In this document: piece by piece, positions 11,259-23,480 of the stretch
Layout: each line of letters opens with the position of its first letter
Numbering within the stretch: the first letter of the stretch is position 1
DNA from: Vitrella brassicaformis CCMP3155
Lineage: Eukaryota > Protista > Chromerida
Direction of reading: 5' to 3'
Length of the DNA stretch: 64,000 bases
Assembly (NCBI GenBank): GCA_001179505.1
Contig: CDMY01000416.1
Coordinates: forward strand, 1 to 64,000
Position numbers and translations under genes: made by a program
The notes under the pieces: generated by a model
Database searches by the model: none
What the model saw: the letters and a program-made list of their open reading frames with translations, nothing else
Told to the model about the DNA's origin: nothing

Positions 11259-14200
11259 CTAAAGCTTGGGCCCTCTCTCTCTGTCCTTGTGGCTGTCCAG
11301 CTCGGTCACATCCCGAATGTCGATCTCGCTCGTCTCGTCGGTGAAGATCGTCAGGGCGAACTCGGCCTCCTGACCAGGCTCGAACGTCGACACCAGCAGC
11401 GTGTAGGTCCGGGGCGTCAGGTAGAACTCCCGCGACACCTCCCGCAGAGCGCAGTAGCAGTCGTGCTTGTTGACCAGGGCCTGGTAGTCCTCCCGGCTCT
11501 TGCGGACGCGCCGTGGTTTGGAGAAGGCGTAGAGCTCGAGGGCGATGGGGTGGAGCTCCTTGGTGGTGCCGCGGGTGTCCTTCTGCGCCAGGACCACATA
11601 GACGGTGGTGGGCTTCTTGACCGTGATGACGTAGTGGGGGTTGCTCGTGACGCTCGTGTGGTTGGTGCTGCCCCCGGCAGTGAGGCCCTTGGTCCACGCC
11701 CCGTGGAAGACGTTCTTGCACCACTTGCCGTTGAGGCCGGTGGGGTCGTCGAACACCCGACAAATGTACACGTCGTCGAACTGGTTGACAAAGTCCTCGA
11801 AGGACATCCAGAAGATGCCGTCGCCCGGCAGCGGCTCGTACTCGAGCAGCCGCTTGAGCCGCGTCGTCCACTGGTGCGAACCGTCGCTGAAGTCGCCCTT
11901 CCACTCCACACCCTCGCGGCCCCACGGGTTGCGCAGCTTGATCAGCTTATAGCGCTTGCCGCCACCGGCGTCCACCTCACGCACGTCCAGCACGGCGTAC
12001 GCGTGGCCCTGCACGATGCCCAGAGGCGAGACGTCCTGCGCCCATGGGCTGCCGTCGCACCCGGTCCCTCCCGCAATCTCGCCGCCGCCGGCGTCATCGC
12101 CCCCCACCCCGGGGGAGCCCGCCCCGATGAGGTAGCCGAGTCGGTGTGCGTCGACCATCTTTTGCCAGTGGGTGCCGTCGAAGTTGGCCGTTGGTGAGAA
12201 GGTGCGTCTGAGGTTGATGATGTCCCCGAAGCCGCCCGTGAGGTCGACGAGGGCCATGTGGACGAGGCCGCCCTCGATGGAGCTGTAGGAGCCGTGGAGC
12301 TTGGCGTAGGCCTTCTCGATGAGCATCATCCACGACTGCGGGCACCGGTGGTGGTCGCGGTCGTACCGCCACGCGGGCTTGGCGAACTTGGGGCACCTTG
12401 GGAGCCCGGTGCACTTGTAGACGGACCCGTCTGAGGCGATGCTCGAGGGCACCAAGTCGTCGACGATCACCGGCTTGACGCGCCCGTCCTTGTAGAACTG
12501 CAAGGCATACACCTGCACACACACGAACATGATGACGAAGTCTGTGCTGTGCTTTGCTCATGGAATGTGTGTGTCTCACCCACCCCGTAGGGGCAGGTCC
12601 GTCTGGCCTCCGGGTGGAAGACACGCTCCATGAGTGCAGGTCTGGTGGACAGGACCGAGAGGGCGGACAGGAACCAGCAGTCGCCGAGCTCGCCCTGGTT
12701 GATCTCCTCAGCTATGTCGATGTCCTTGGCGCTGCCGAAGGTGCCGTCCTCGTTGTCGCACAGCAGGCACGTCCGCCGCTGGTAAACCTCCTCGGGCCGC
12801 AGCCACGACAGATTCCGCACCCACGCTTGGAAACAGGGACCTGCACACAGACACACACACCCATTTAAAGATGCAGTCATCTCATCTCATCTCGGTGCAT
12901 GTGTGTGTCTGTGAGGGTACCCACCCTGTCCGAGGCTCTCCTCGTTGGGCGGGAAGGCGTAGTCGGTGAATTTGCGGTTGAGTTTTGAGCAGAGGGAGCG
13001 GACCTCCTTGAGGCGCTGGCTGACCAGCCGCTGCAGCTCGTTGAGCTTGTCCTTGCTCTCCGTGACACCCCGCTGGAACTGGCTCCAGTTGTTGAGGCGG
13101 TCGTCGACCTGCTTGCGCAACTCGATGTCGTCATCGGCGGCAGACTGCATGGCCTCCAACTCCAGACCCACCTGCTCCAGGTTCCGCAGCACGCCCGACA
13201 GGTTGCCCTGCTTCCGCAGCCACGACGATACCTTCCGCTCCGTCTCGTCGCTTGTGATGCCCAGCCCGTCGACATCCCCCATCCCCCCCTCCCTCTCCAA
13301 TAGTTCACTCTCTGTCTCCTCCACTGCAATGTGCCCTTGTCGCTGCTGTAGTGAGAGAGAGGGGGGCCCGTCCTTTCCCGGCTCCGACACACGCGTCGGG
13401 CTGTACGGCCGCCTCTCGCGGATCACGTGCCTCTCGCGAGCACGGTCGCCCGAGGACAGCAGCCGACGCATCTCAAGGTCAGTCATCGACACCGACGGGT
13501 GCTGGAGCAGCCCACTCGACGTCACGTGAACCTCCGAGAAGCTCCCGTTGCCCGTCTGGATGACCTCGGTCAGCACGCGTGTGGGTGGGGCCGGGAGGGG
13601 AGGGGTGGCGTCCATCGTGCTGCTGGAGGGGAAGAATCGCAGCACACCGGCGCTCTCGTGTGGGCGGATGGGCGCAGGCACAGATGGGTCGGGGAGGGAG
13701 GCTGCGTCCGACGAGTCGGCGATGGAGACCGAGTCGCCCAGGGGCACCGACTGCAGCCATTGGCCGCCGCTCTCGAAGGCTTCGAAGAGGTCCCTCTGGG
13801 CCTCACCATGGATGGCGTCTGTCTCCTCCCTCCTCGGCGCCTCGATCTCGGGCAGCGGCGACATGTCGCCCTTGACGTCCAGCTCGGCCATGCTCTGCTC
13901 GGCGGTGCTCTTGACGCCGTCACCGGGCACCTCTCCCATGTCGAAGTGGTCCACCTCAGAGCCGCGGGAGGACCAGAAGCTGGGTGCCAGGCCAAGGTAG
14001 ACGTCGAGGCACCGCTCGATGACCTCCTGGGCGAACACGGGCCCCTGATCCTGGTCCGAGTCGTTCATGATGGCTAGGCTCTGCAGGATGCCCGTGGCCA
14101 GGCTCTCGGTCTGCTGCTGCTCCTGCTCCTCCAGCTTCTCGCGCCTCCGCCTCTCCGCCTCGTAGTTGCGCTTGAACGAGTCCCGCTTGTAGTCCTCCAG

Positions 14201-17200
14201 CGCCCGGAGCCGCTGCACTGTCCCCTTGAGACGTCTAACGGTGTTGTCGTCGAGTGCGTCGATCTCGTCAGGTCTGGCCGTGGCGTACTCGGGCCCGAGG
14301 GAGCGGTAGAGCCAGAGCAGCTGGTTCCTCTCCTGCTTGCGGGCCGCGACGGCCGTCGAGATGACGTGCATCTCGAAGTCGGTCCGCTCCGCCCGACAGA
14401 CCTCGACGTGGTCGGTGATGGACCGGTCCAGGTCGGCGATCTTAAGGAGGTGCTCGTGCAGGTGGCTGAGGAACTCCTTGCGGGCCGGCCGCCCGCCGCC
14501 CTCCTCCAGCCGCACCCAACCCCACAGCCACCCCTGCCTCTCGAGAGACCGCCGCCGCTGGCCCAGCTTGCACAGCCAGTTCTCCTTGGGGTCGTCGCCG
14601 ATGACGGGCTCCAGCACGTCGACGCGCGATGTGGCGACGGCCGGGACGGGCGTGAGGTTGAGGGGGGCGCCGAAGCGGGCGAGTTCGTTCTGGTGGAAGG
14701 TGGCCTTGGTCTTCTCGCCGATCTCGCCTGTGTGCTGGCGCGTGAGGCGGCCGTTGACCTGGTTGTAGCACGAGCGAATGAAGGACAGGCTGAGAGCCTG
14801 CACGTGCTGCCGGAGGGCCCGCTGGCCCATCGTGGCGTAGTGGAGGACGAATATCATGAAGAGGGGGAGGGAGAGGGACGAGACGATGAGGCCCAGCCGC
14901 ACCGGGTACACGAACATGGCGGCCAGCATGCCCCACAGCAGCAGCATCAGGAAGGCCGCCAGCACCAGATACGGCAGCTTGTAGGACGGCCGGACGGCAC
15001 CCCGGTGCGGCTCGTACTTGTAGATCGGCATGAGGGTCGAGGGAATCCACAAGGTCTTGTTCTTGAGGATGGCGCGCTTCCACAGATGGACAATCGAGGC
15101 GATGACGCACAGCAGGAGGATCGAGTAGCCGCCCGAAATCCAGCGGAAGACGTACCCCTTGTGGTAGTGCACCGTGGCGCCGACGGCACAGATGATGAGG
15201 ACGAGGGCGATCCAGCCGGCCAGCCCGCCCAGCACCCACTTGGGCATGTAGAACCGGTTCTCCACCCACTTGCACATGGCGAAGTACACGTACGCCAGGA
15301 ACAGACACACAAGCAGCCCGCCCACACCCAGCGGCCACTTCTCTGAGAAGGCGATCGCGGCGCCGAGCGATACGGCGATGAGCGAGAGGAGTGAGATGTA
15401 GATGGCGAATGAGCTGAACAGGTTGGGCTGCCAGTTCTTGTCCTTCCAACGGGCCAGGGCGGCCGCAAACAGCACCACGGCGAAGTACAAGACCAGCACG
15501 AAGCTCAACGCCATTATCGCCCACGGCCTGCATTGCATCATCAAATCAACCAAGGGAGCGAGCGAATGTGACGGTGAAGGTGGGTGCACTGCATCCCCTC
15601 GCCCGGTAGTGTGTGGTGTGGTGGTGGCTCAGGTGGCCCACTTGTCCACAATGTTGTCCCTCCTCTGAATGACGAGCATGGAGCAGAGGACGCCGAAGGC
15701 CACCTGGGCCAGGACAAGGACGGAAATGCACAGCACCTGGAAGGGGCCGATCTGCAGCTTGCCGAAGTAGCCCTTCCACCCCAGGAAGGTCCCGAACAGC
15801 TGGTGCAGCACAAACCCCGCCGTCCATCCGAACCAGCTGGGCTTCTGGTAGAAGGACACGCCGATGGCCAGGCACCACAGGATGATGTACGAGATGGAGA
15901 AGCACCCGAGCGTCTTGTAGTCGGTCGCAGGGAGGTGGCAGCCCCCGCCCGCCAGGGGGCCGAAGAACGCCCGGATGCAGTTGCAGTTTGCCGGGGTGCG
16001 CTCTGCGGGCGGCCTCAGGATCTCGAACTGGTTCTCCACCCACTGCGCGTAGAAGATGAGAAACGGCGGCACGCCAAGTGGGGCGAAGATGGCGACCCAA
16101 AGGATGATGGGCTGGTGGGTGAGGGCCCACAGGAGGGCGCCCGCGCCGATGAGCATACAGTAGGAGAAGGAAAGTAGCGCGCCGATTTGCTTGGTCATCT
16201 TCATGCGCTGCTGCCACTTGCGGATGCCGATGGCGGTGACCATCCAGCAGGCCACCACCAGCAGCGACACGACGCCGTAGAGCAGCTGGTCCATGTTGAG
16301 CAGCTTCGGCACCACACTCTCCTTGTCACTCATAAGGGAACACACCTACACAGACACACAGACAGAAACACTCGAATGCCCCTCACTACTTGGATGTGGC
16401 GGCATCCCATTCCCTATATCGTGTGCTCACTTCACTTACCAGCATCTCTAGTATGAACAGTATGGCGAGCCCCGACAGCAGCACCTCGGGCGATCGGCAC
16501 CCCTCCTGCTTGAGCGTCGAGCGCCAGTGTGCGAAGTAGCTGAGGTTCATGGTCGCCAGCCGCGTCATGCCCCGCATCCGCCGTGGCGTAATGCGCTCGC
16601 TCACAGCTGCCGACGCCGACTCGCCGGTTAACTCGCCCGGCGGTTCGTCGATGACGACATCCTCCAGCTCCATGCTGTCCTCCTCGGCATCGGCACACCC
16701 ATAGTCCTTCTGGCCACGCCCATCCTCGACACGGGAGCCGGCCACGTTGACCTTTGAGATGTACTCCTGCACCACCCTGATGGTCTTCATCTGCCGCCGG
16801 AACTGCTGCTCTCTGTCACCCACTGGCAGCCGCTTGCTCACGATGGCCGTGGAGAGCAGGATGCCCAGCGCAGCGAAGATGGCGGCGTGGCCCACGAACC
16901 AGTAGTTGTATGTGATACAGAGGCCGCAGCGACAGGCCAGCATGAGCAGACACAGCACGGCGGCGCTGTTGAAGCCGTCGCCGAGCGAGCGGGAGGAGAA
17001 CATGATGACCAGGTCCAGCACCACGATGATGACCACCGATGAGAAGCCGATCAGCCGCGGACGGTCCGGGTCCTCGGGGTCGACATTGGACTCCGACGTG
17101 CTGTTGTTGCTGCTTGCACCGAGTGCCGGGACGAGGGCGAGCGAGGTTGTGTCAGCGGCTATGGTGCTGTTGTTGGGCACTCGGTCGGCGTCGTCCCGCC

Positions 17201-18694
17201 ACAACTCGTAGATATACCTGAGAGACCGAGCAAGACACACACAGATGCATTCAAACGACGCTTTGTACGCCCCTCTCTCTCGGCGCTTTGCTCACTCAGG
17301 GATCGTGCCCATTTTGAGGAGGTAGACACAGACAGCATGGCCCACGAGGATGAGCACCGCCGAGCCATACAGCCAGTAGATGAGCTTCCGCGCCTGTCGC
17401 TGCCTCCTTGCGTCGACTGCCTCGACGGCCATGTTGACGACCTCCGAGGGGTCGATGTCATCCTTGGTTGGCGTGTCGTCAGCCGTCATGCCCCACAGGC
17501 CGGCCACCACGGTGCCCATGCCCTTGATGTGCGGCAGCGAGCGGGCCGACCGCCGGGTCCCTGAGGTCTTGCCGTCGGGGGCCTTGCTGGGATTCGACGG
17601 CGGACTACCCTGTGGAAGGAGTGACATCCAGAGACAGACAGGCAAGATGAACAGACAGGCAAGATGAGCAAAATGCGTTTGTTGGATGGGATGGAGGCCA
17701 ATGCGAATGAGTCGTGTGTGTGTGTGGTTACCGATGCGTCGCTTCTGCTGGGGTCCGATGTGGTGCCGCCGCTGGTGTGCTCCTCCCCATGGCCGTCGCG
17801 GTGATCCGTCACGGCCGGGCTCAGGCTCGAACGTCGCGTGGTGGTGGTGGTGTCGCCGAGAGTGAACCCAGCCGACTGCGGCGGCTCGGACGAGGTGTGC
17901 GGGTGGTGCAGCGTCAGGCGCCCCACGCCCATGTCGCCCCCGTCCCTCTGCTGACGCATCTTGAGCAGTTGCTGGTCCACCTCGGCGATGAACTCGCCGA
18001 ACGGCAGGTGGAGCTTCCAAAACGACGCGTACACGCAGAGCACCACCGGGACCATGTTGAGGCTGTAGAAGACGATGGCGAACCCGTTGAACGAGTAGAG
18101 GGGCTCGTCGCACCCCTCCTTCTCGTTGCGGGACACCACCAGCACCGCCAGCTGGAACACCAGCCACAGGCAGAAGGACAGAGCGAACAGGACTATCACC
18201 GACGGGCTGAACGAGAAGTTGAGGGCCGCAAACCGCCGCAGCCCTCCCAGGAATGCCAGGAAGCACAGGACGGTGAGGGGTAGGCCGATGGCGACGAAGG
18301 CCGGGACGTCATGCTGCAGCAGTCGCCACACCCACAAGACGAGAAATATGAGAGAGAGGGCCATGAGCATCGTCACGACGGCGTACAGCAGGGGCACCAG
18401 CCGGAGGAACCACAGGGGCGTTTCCTCCTTCTCCGCCTGTCTGGTCCTGGTCCTTGCCACCTCTGTGCTGCCGGCCGAGAGAGTGCGTCGCACGGCATGG
18501 TAGAGTGAGATTAGAAAGAGCGGGATGCGCCTGACGTTCCACTGTGCCCGTTCGAGGACGCAGATCATCAGGACGAAGAGGACGCATGCCGGCAGCAGCC
18601 AGGTGGCCGACTCCCGGCTCAGGGCGGGACGCCATGCCGACGAGTTGCGATAGGGAGGCGTGAACGACTGGAAGCACGCCGCGTCGAATCCCAT
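11259..18694 (-). CDS. DEK1: DEK1-like multi-pass transmembrane calpain (TM domain - linker - CysPc - C2L), about 7 exons
   Basis: Catalytic triad motifs QGELGDCWFLSAL, GHAYAVL and LRNPWG, then a C2L domain (GAWTKGLTAGG...NPHY). About 22-23 hydrophobic segments lie N-terminal, with DEK1-like motifs RWKDKNW, WVENRFY, LMPIYKYEPH and WGMLAAMFVYP..LG. Confidence 0.9.
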
Positions 18695-19067
18695 CGCTGC
18701 CTGCCGTGCCCACCGCACTCAGTACGCAACGGACGCAAGCCGGGCGTCTGTCGAGGAGGGAGCCGTCAGGAAGAACAACAGGTCATCGACCGACGCCGGA
18801 CAGGTAACAGGTGATCTGACTGCGGATCACTGACGCGTGTTCCAAGGCAAGTGTCTAGCTTTCCTCGCGCCCAAGATCAGCGGAGATCTCACAATCTGAA
18901 ACCGCTCTCTCTGAGCTCGCAAAAGAGGAGAGAAAAGCTCGCAGATCTTTCGGCTACTTTTGGGCCAAATCCCCCCTCTTTCCTCCCCGGCAGGTGTCGT
19001 AAGGGCTCCCACACAAAGAGATAGTTGAGATCTGCCATCTCTCTGTGAGCACCAACCCAAGCCAAGC

Positions 19068-19771
19068 ATGTCGAAGAAGCCCCGTTTCATCGGAGGGTCA
19101 GATTTGAAGGTTGCCGTCATCGGAGATGAGGTGGGTGGAGGAAGACAGACAGACAGCGCCCCAGCCACCCCTGTGGAGAGATCTCAAACGTTTGTTCGCT
19201 GTTCAGGACACCGTGGTGGGCTTCTGTTTGGCTGGAGTCGGCGGCCGTGACGCCCAGGGCCGCTCCAACTTCCTCATTGTCGATAACAGTAACCACACGC
19301 ACTGAAAGAGGCCCGGGAATGCTCAGCTGTTGCCGTACTCGTCTGTCTTTCGCCGTATTCCGCAGAGACCCGCATGTCGGACATCGAGAACGCGTTCCGT
19401 GAGTTCTGCGACCGCAAAGACATCGGCGTCATACTCATCAACCAACACGTGGGAGAGGGAGGGAGTGGAGCGCCCGTGTGACGGAGACGGATGCATGGGT
19501 TGGATGTGCGGTGCGAGTGTGGACTGGGTGTGTGTGTGTGCAGATAGCCGAGCAGATCCGGTACATGGTGGACACTCACGAGAAGGTCATCCCGACGGTG
19601 CTGGAGATCCCCTCGAAGGACAAGCCTTACGATGCCAGCAAGGTACGCACACCGCCCTCACCACACCCCACCACACCTGCAGCAAACACACACACACCCT
19701 CTGTGCTCCTTGTGCTTTAGGATTCGGTCATGTCGAGGGTCAAGGTGTTCTTCGGCGGCAACATAGAGTGA
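19068..19771 (+). CDS. ATP6V1F: V-type proton ATPase subunit F
   Basis: LKVAVIGDE | [12 protein letters not shown]...NFLIVD | ...[23 protein letters not shown] | [33 protein letters not shown] | DSVMSRV...*, five exons. Confidence 0.95.
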
Positions 19772-21304
19772 GTGATGGGACAGAGACGTACCGTACTGGG
19801 ACCGCCGGATGGTCTGTTGGGCTGTCACACGGCGACGCAGTCACACGATGCTCGACACGTTTTTGGTGTGACGACTGCTAGCTAGGCTTAGCGAGAAGGG
19901 TGTCTGTCTGTCTGTCTGTCTAGAGCATACTGTGTGTATTAGGCGTGTGCTTACGTAGCATGCATAAGATAACATAACGATGGGGTTGTTGGCGTTTCAC
20001 GCACGACGCTGTGATCATCTCAATGGATGGCAATGTGAATTGATTGCGAATCAGTCGTTCAGGTCTCTCCATCCATCCATCCACCCATGCAGGCAGGCTG
20101 GCTGGTTGGTTGGCTGGTCACGTGCTCTCATCCATATGCACAGTAGGCTCTAGTGAAGACGAATGCTCCACTACTCCGCTCGACGACTAAGCAATCCTTC
20201 CAAAACTATGCGCTGAGCCTGCTGGCCCTCGGCATTCGGCAGAGCCGAATGGCGTGAGAGCCACTTGGCCTTGACCCCATCGGCATGCAGCTGCGAATCG
20301 CGTGGGCATGGCCGGCGGAGGAATGACCAGATCTTCTCGCCGTTGGCGAAGATGTCGTGGTACGGATGTGGCTGGTCCCCCTCTCTCGCTTGAGGAAGTC
20401 CTTGCTCGGGCAGCGATGCTGCTTCTCGGCTTCGTGTAGAGGAGGCGGAACTGCCGCATGTCGGCTGACGTGCCGGTGGATGTGCCGCGTGCTGGTATGG
20501 GGTCTGTGTGGCTGGATGGGCGTTCATGTTCAAGTAACTAAAGCGATGGCAACAGCCACCACAACGACAGGACGACACCACACCTACACCTACACCTACA
20601 TCTACATCTACACCAACACCACACACAGCACACACAGCAAAACACAACACCGCAGAGCACAACACAATGAGTGAGGGCTCATATGTGAATGTGTCTGTAC
20701 TATATCTGGCCCTAGTGTGTGTACCTCAGATGATAGTGCCTTCGATGGTCTCAATCATGCTGTACAAGGAGGCCGGCGGCATCCACAAATCGCTGAGAAA
20801 ACGGCCAACAATCAACCTGAGTGAGGGGATGGGGGGAGAGAAGACAGTGAAAAGTATGCGTGTATGTGTGATGTGGTCATGTGTCGTAAGTCGTGAGGCT
20901 CTCTCGTGGTGCCGGAGGGAGCTGGGCGGGAACTGCCGTTGCCGCGAAAAACACGGGTAAGTGAATTCTGCACACACGGAACAGGGAAAAACGCGTGTGA
21001 TGAGATGTCAGATTTCGGTGATTTGTGTGTGCCACCTGATAGGGCGTGTCGAGAGGTGTACCTGGTGTGGTTGTGACGGGCCGGCGGGCCTGGGTCGCTG
21101 TACAAGAGGGGGTGAAGTTATCGGCAGACGCAGGTGTGGTGCTGCAGAGGGAGGAAGGAGGGAGGGAGGGGTCGATAGCTCGAGATGGATGAACGAGGGC
21201 ATCATCCCGGTCGATATGGCTGTCTCAGCGAGGGCTCATTCGTCGTGATTAAGGCGCAATGACCATCAGTAAGTTTTGGTAGGACAATCAGATCTCGAGA
21301 TCTT

Positions 21305-21372
21305 GAACTGCACGTTGTTCAGAGAACTGCACAAGGTGAGAACTGCACAAGGTGAGAACTGCACGTTGTTCA
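21305..21372. repeat. Short tandem repeat with core GAACTGCAC, four copies
   Basis: Cores at 21305, 21324, 21340 and 21356 in an A-B-B-A pattern (GAACTGCACGTTGTTCA / GAACTGCACAAGGTGA). Confidence 0.85.
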
Positions 21373-21451
21373 GGACACTATCCCGGTCGTGCTGGTGTCT
21401 GATTCACCTTCCATGGCGGCAGCTTGTCCCCAGGCCCCAATCGCTGTAAAT

Positions 21452-21501
21452 CTCGACGGGGACTTGATGAGCTCGACGGGGACTTGATGAGTTTTTTTTT
21501 T
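21452..21501. repeat. Perfect 20-bp tandem duplication followed by a T-run
   Basis: CTCGACGGGGACTTGATGAG at 21452-21471 and 21472-21491, then a poly-T tract. Confidence 0.9.
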
Positions 21502-21506
21502 CAACG

Positions 21507-23480
21507 ATGAAACATCCCCCCCCGCATCCCGCGGCTGTGGCACGCCCAGATCACCCAGCCACGCGTCTGTCGGTTGAAATCGGCACGGGAATCGCGAATA
21601 AGTGCGTGGTCCATGCAGGTGTGCTGGAGGTCATCCAGAGCTGCCGTGGTGCCATGGCCGTTTGTGAGTGATGCACCCCTTCCCATTCGGGAGGCCGCCG
21701 CTTGGCCGCCACGATGCGGCCAGAGGACCACCCGCACCCTCCAGAGGCCCGTTGACGCTGAACCTGTCGTGGACGAATCAGAACGTGACGCCTCCGCATC
21801 AGTAAGACGACTCCAGACGCGATGGGGCAGAAAACAATCTGACGTTCACTCGTGCGTTTTTCTCTGGTGTGTTGTGTTGTGTTGCAGTTCGAGGCTTCTA
21901 CCGTATGTACCTGGCGCGGCAGCGTATCATGCTCAGCGCCCCCCCGCCCCCCTCTCGCTCTGTCTGCGTGTGTGCAGAGACGTTGTATGAGTTGAAGGGC
22001 CCTCTGTCTGAGCCCACACTGATGCGCATCGGCGAGGGCATCATTCGAGCCGTCGAATACCTGGGACAGCAGGGGCTGGTCCACGGCGATATACACGTGC
22101 GTCTCGTGAGCTAGTTCATACAATACACTGTTCACTACTCCTACCCGTCATTGCGTATGTGTGTGTGGGTGTGTGGGTGTCTAGGTGTGGGTGCAGTCCA
22201 AGAATATCGGGATTCGTGTTCGTCATTCGCCACCCAGCAGGAGCAGCGACAGCAGCAGTGCAGCCGCTGTTGACGGCGCCAGCGGCGAGGGCGACGGCAA
22301 TGAGTGCGGGGCCGTCTTGTTGGATCTGGATCGCCTGCACGACGGGATTCCTGGCGAGTACACACTGAGCATCGATCCCCACGACCCCCACACGTACCAG
22401 CAGCGGCCGCGCCCGGGCATTCTCACACACGGCCGTGACCTGCGCGATGCCGTCCACTGGATTCTCCAGAGCTTCAAGCAGCTGGGAGCTACGCAGCGCC
22501 TCTTGGAGATTTTCGAGGACGCCATTAGCTACGCTGAAACACAGCCTGATGCCTGTGCCTGCCATGTACGCCCACAGCGCAGCACAGCACACAACACACA
22601 CCAGACACTCTGACAGACCACAGGACAGGCAGACGGTGTGGATGTGGGATGTGTCTCATTACTGATCGAACAGATCATTTTGCGACTGCGCGACTTGCGC
22701 CAGGTGGCCGACGACGAGGAACGCAGGACACCCCCTCTCTCGCCGCCATCTCTGCGGCTTCCCTGGCACCAGTCGCCGCAGCTCGACGTCGGCCGTGGCA
22801 CCACCGACCACCGAAAGGCCCCAGCAGCAGCACCAGCAGGTGGACCATTTCCAGGACATCTTGGTGGCCCCCCCAACCAGCTCGCCCACAGCGGCGGCAT
22901 CATCCCGCCCTGCCATTTCCCGCCGCACACTCGTGGCCAGGCTGCTGGTGTGCCGCTGTGTCGTCACGCCGCGCCACTGCACGGACGGCTGGCCACGTCC
23001 TTGTGTCGCCAAAGCTGTGTTGGCGCTTCCCCCCTCGCCCCGCCCCCACTCACTGGCGCCATCCCTCGCTGCTGCGTCAGGCCATGGCGAGCCCTTGCCC
23101 CACAGCCACCTCACCCCCACTCCCCCACACCAACAGGTGCTTACTACCACCAGCACCAGCTGTGCCAGTGATGCCCCACCCCGCTGGTTGCGCGGCCGGT
23201 GAGCAGCCCCGCCCCCTCCCGCAAGCGCCCCTCGCTCCGCTTTGGGCTCCCCTCCGTGGCCCCCCTCTTGCTGCTGCCGGTGCTGGTGGTGCCGCTGGTA
23301 GTGGTGCTGATGTTGTCGTAGGATACAAAGTGAGAAGACAGCACATCAACACACAAGACTGGGGTGATGTGCCAAATGCATGTCTGTTTCTCGTTTGTTA
23401 TGTTGGATATAAAGACGGTTGCCGCAGAAGCAGGGCGAGCCACCAAGAATATCGCTGCCTACATCTTATATCCGTCGAGA
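21507..23480 (+). CDS. Divergent protein-kinase-like protein, multi-exon, possibly 5'-truncated
   Basis: Spliced frame ...FRGFYRMYLARQ | QTLYELKGPLSEPTLMRIGEGIIRAVEYLGQQGLVHGDIH | SKNIGIRV...AVLLDLDRLHDG contains an HxD loop and DLD in place of DFG. The 3' exons are Pro-rich and their end is uncertain. Confidence 0.55.

Noticed and set aside
15629-15631. In-frame TGA apparently splitting the calpain TM region (possible readthrough, selenocysteine or two genes)
   Set aside because: A phase-2 GT-AG intron (15641 to 15528) removes it and joins DK to PWAIM in frame. cDNA confirmation is still needed.
11224-18503. Many long overlapping ORFs on both strands over the calpain gene
   Set aside because: Expected from strong GC3 bias; only one frame per exon carries calpain or TM features.
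20171-20665. Minus-strand ORF ending HPYHDIFANGEKIWSFLRR...
   Set aside because: No recognisable domain and no convincing start or splice chain.
21305-21491. CRISPR-like appearance of the short repeats
   Set aside because: Repeats are contiguous with no unique spacers, there are no cas genes, and the context is eukaryotic.
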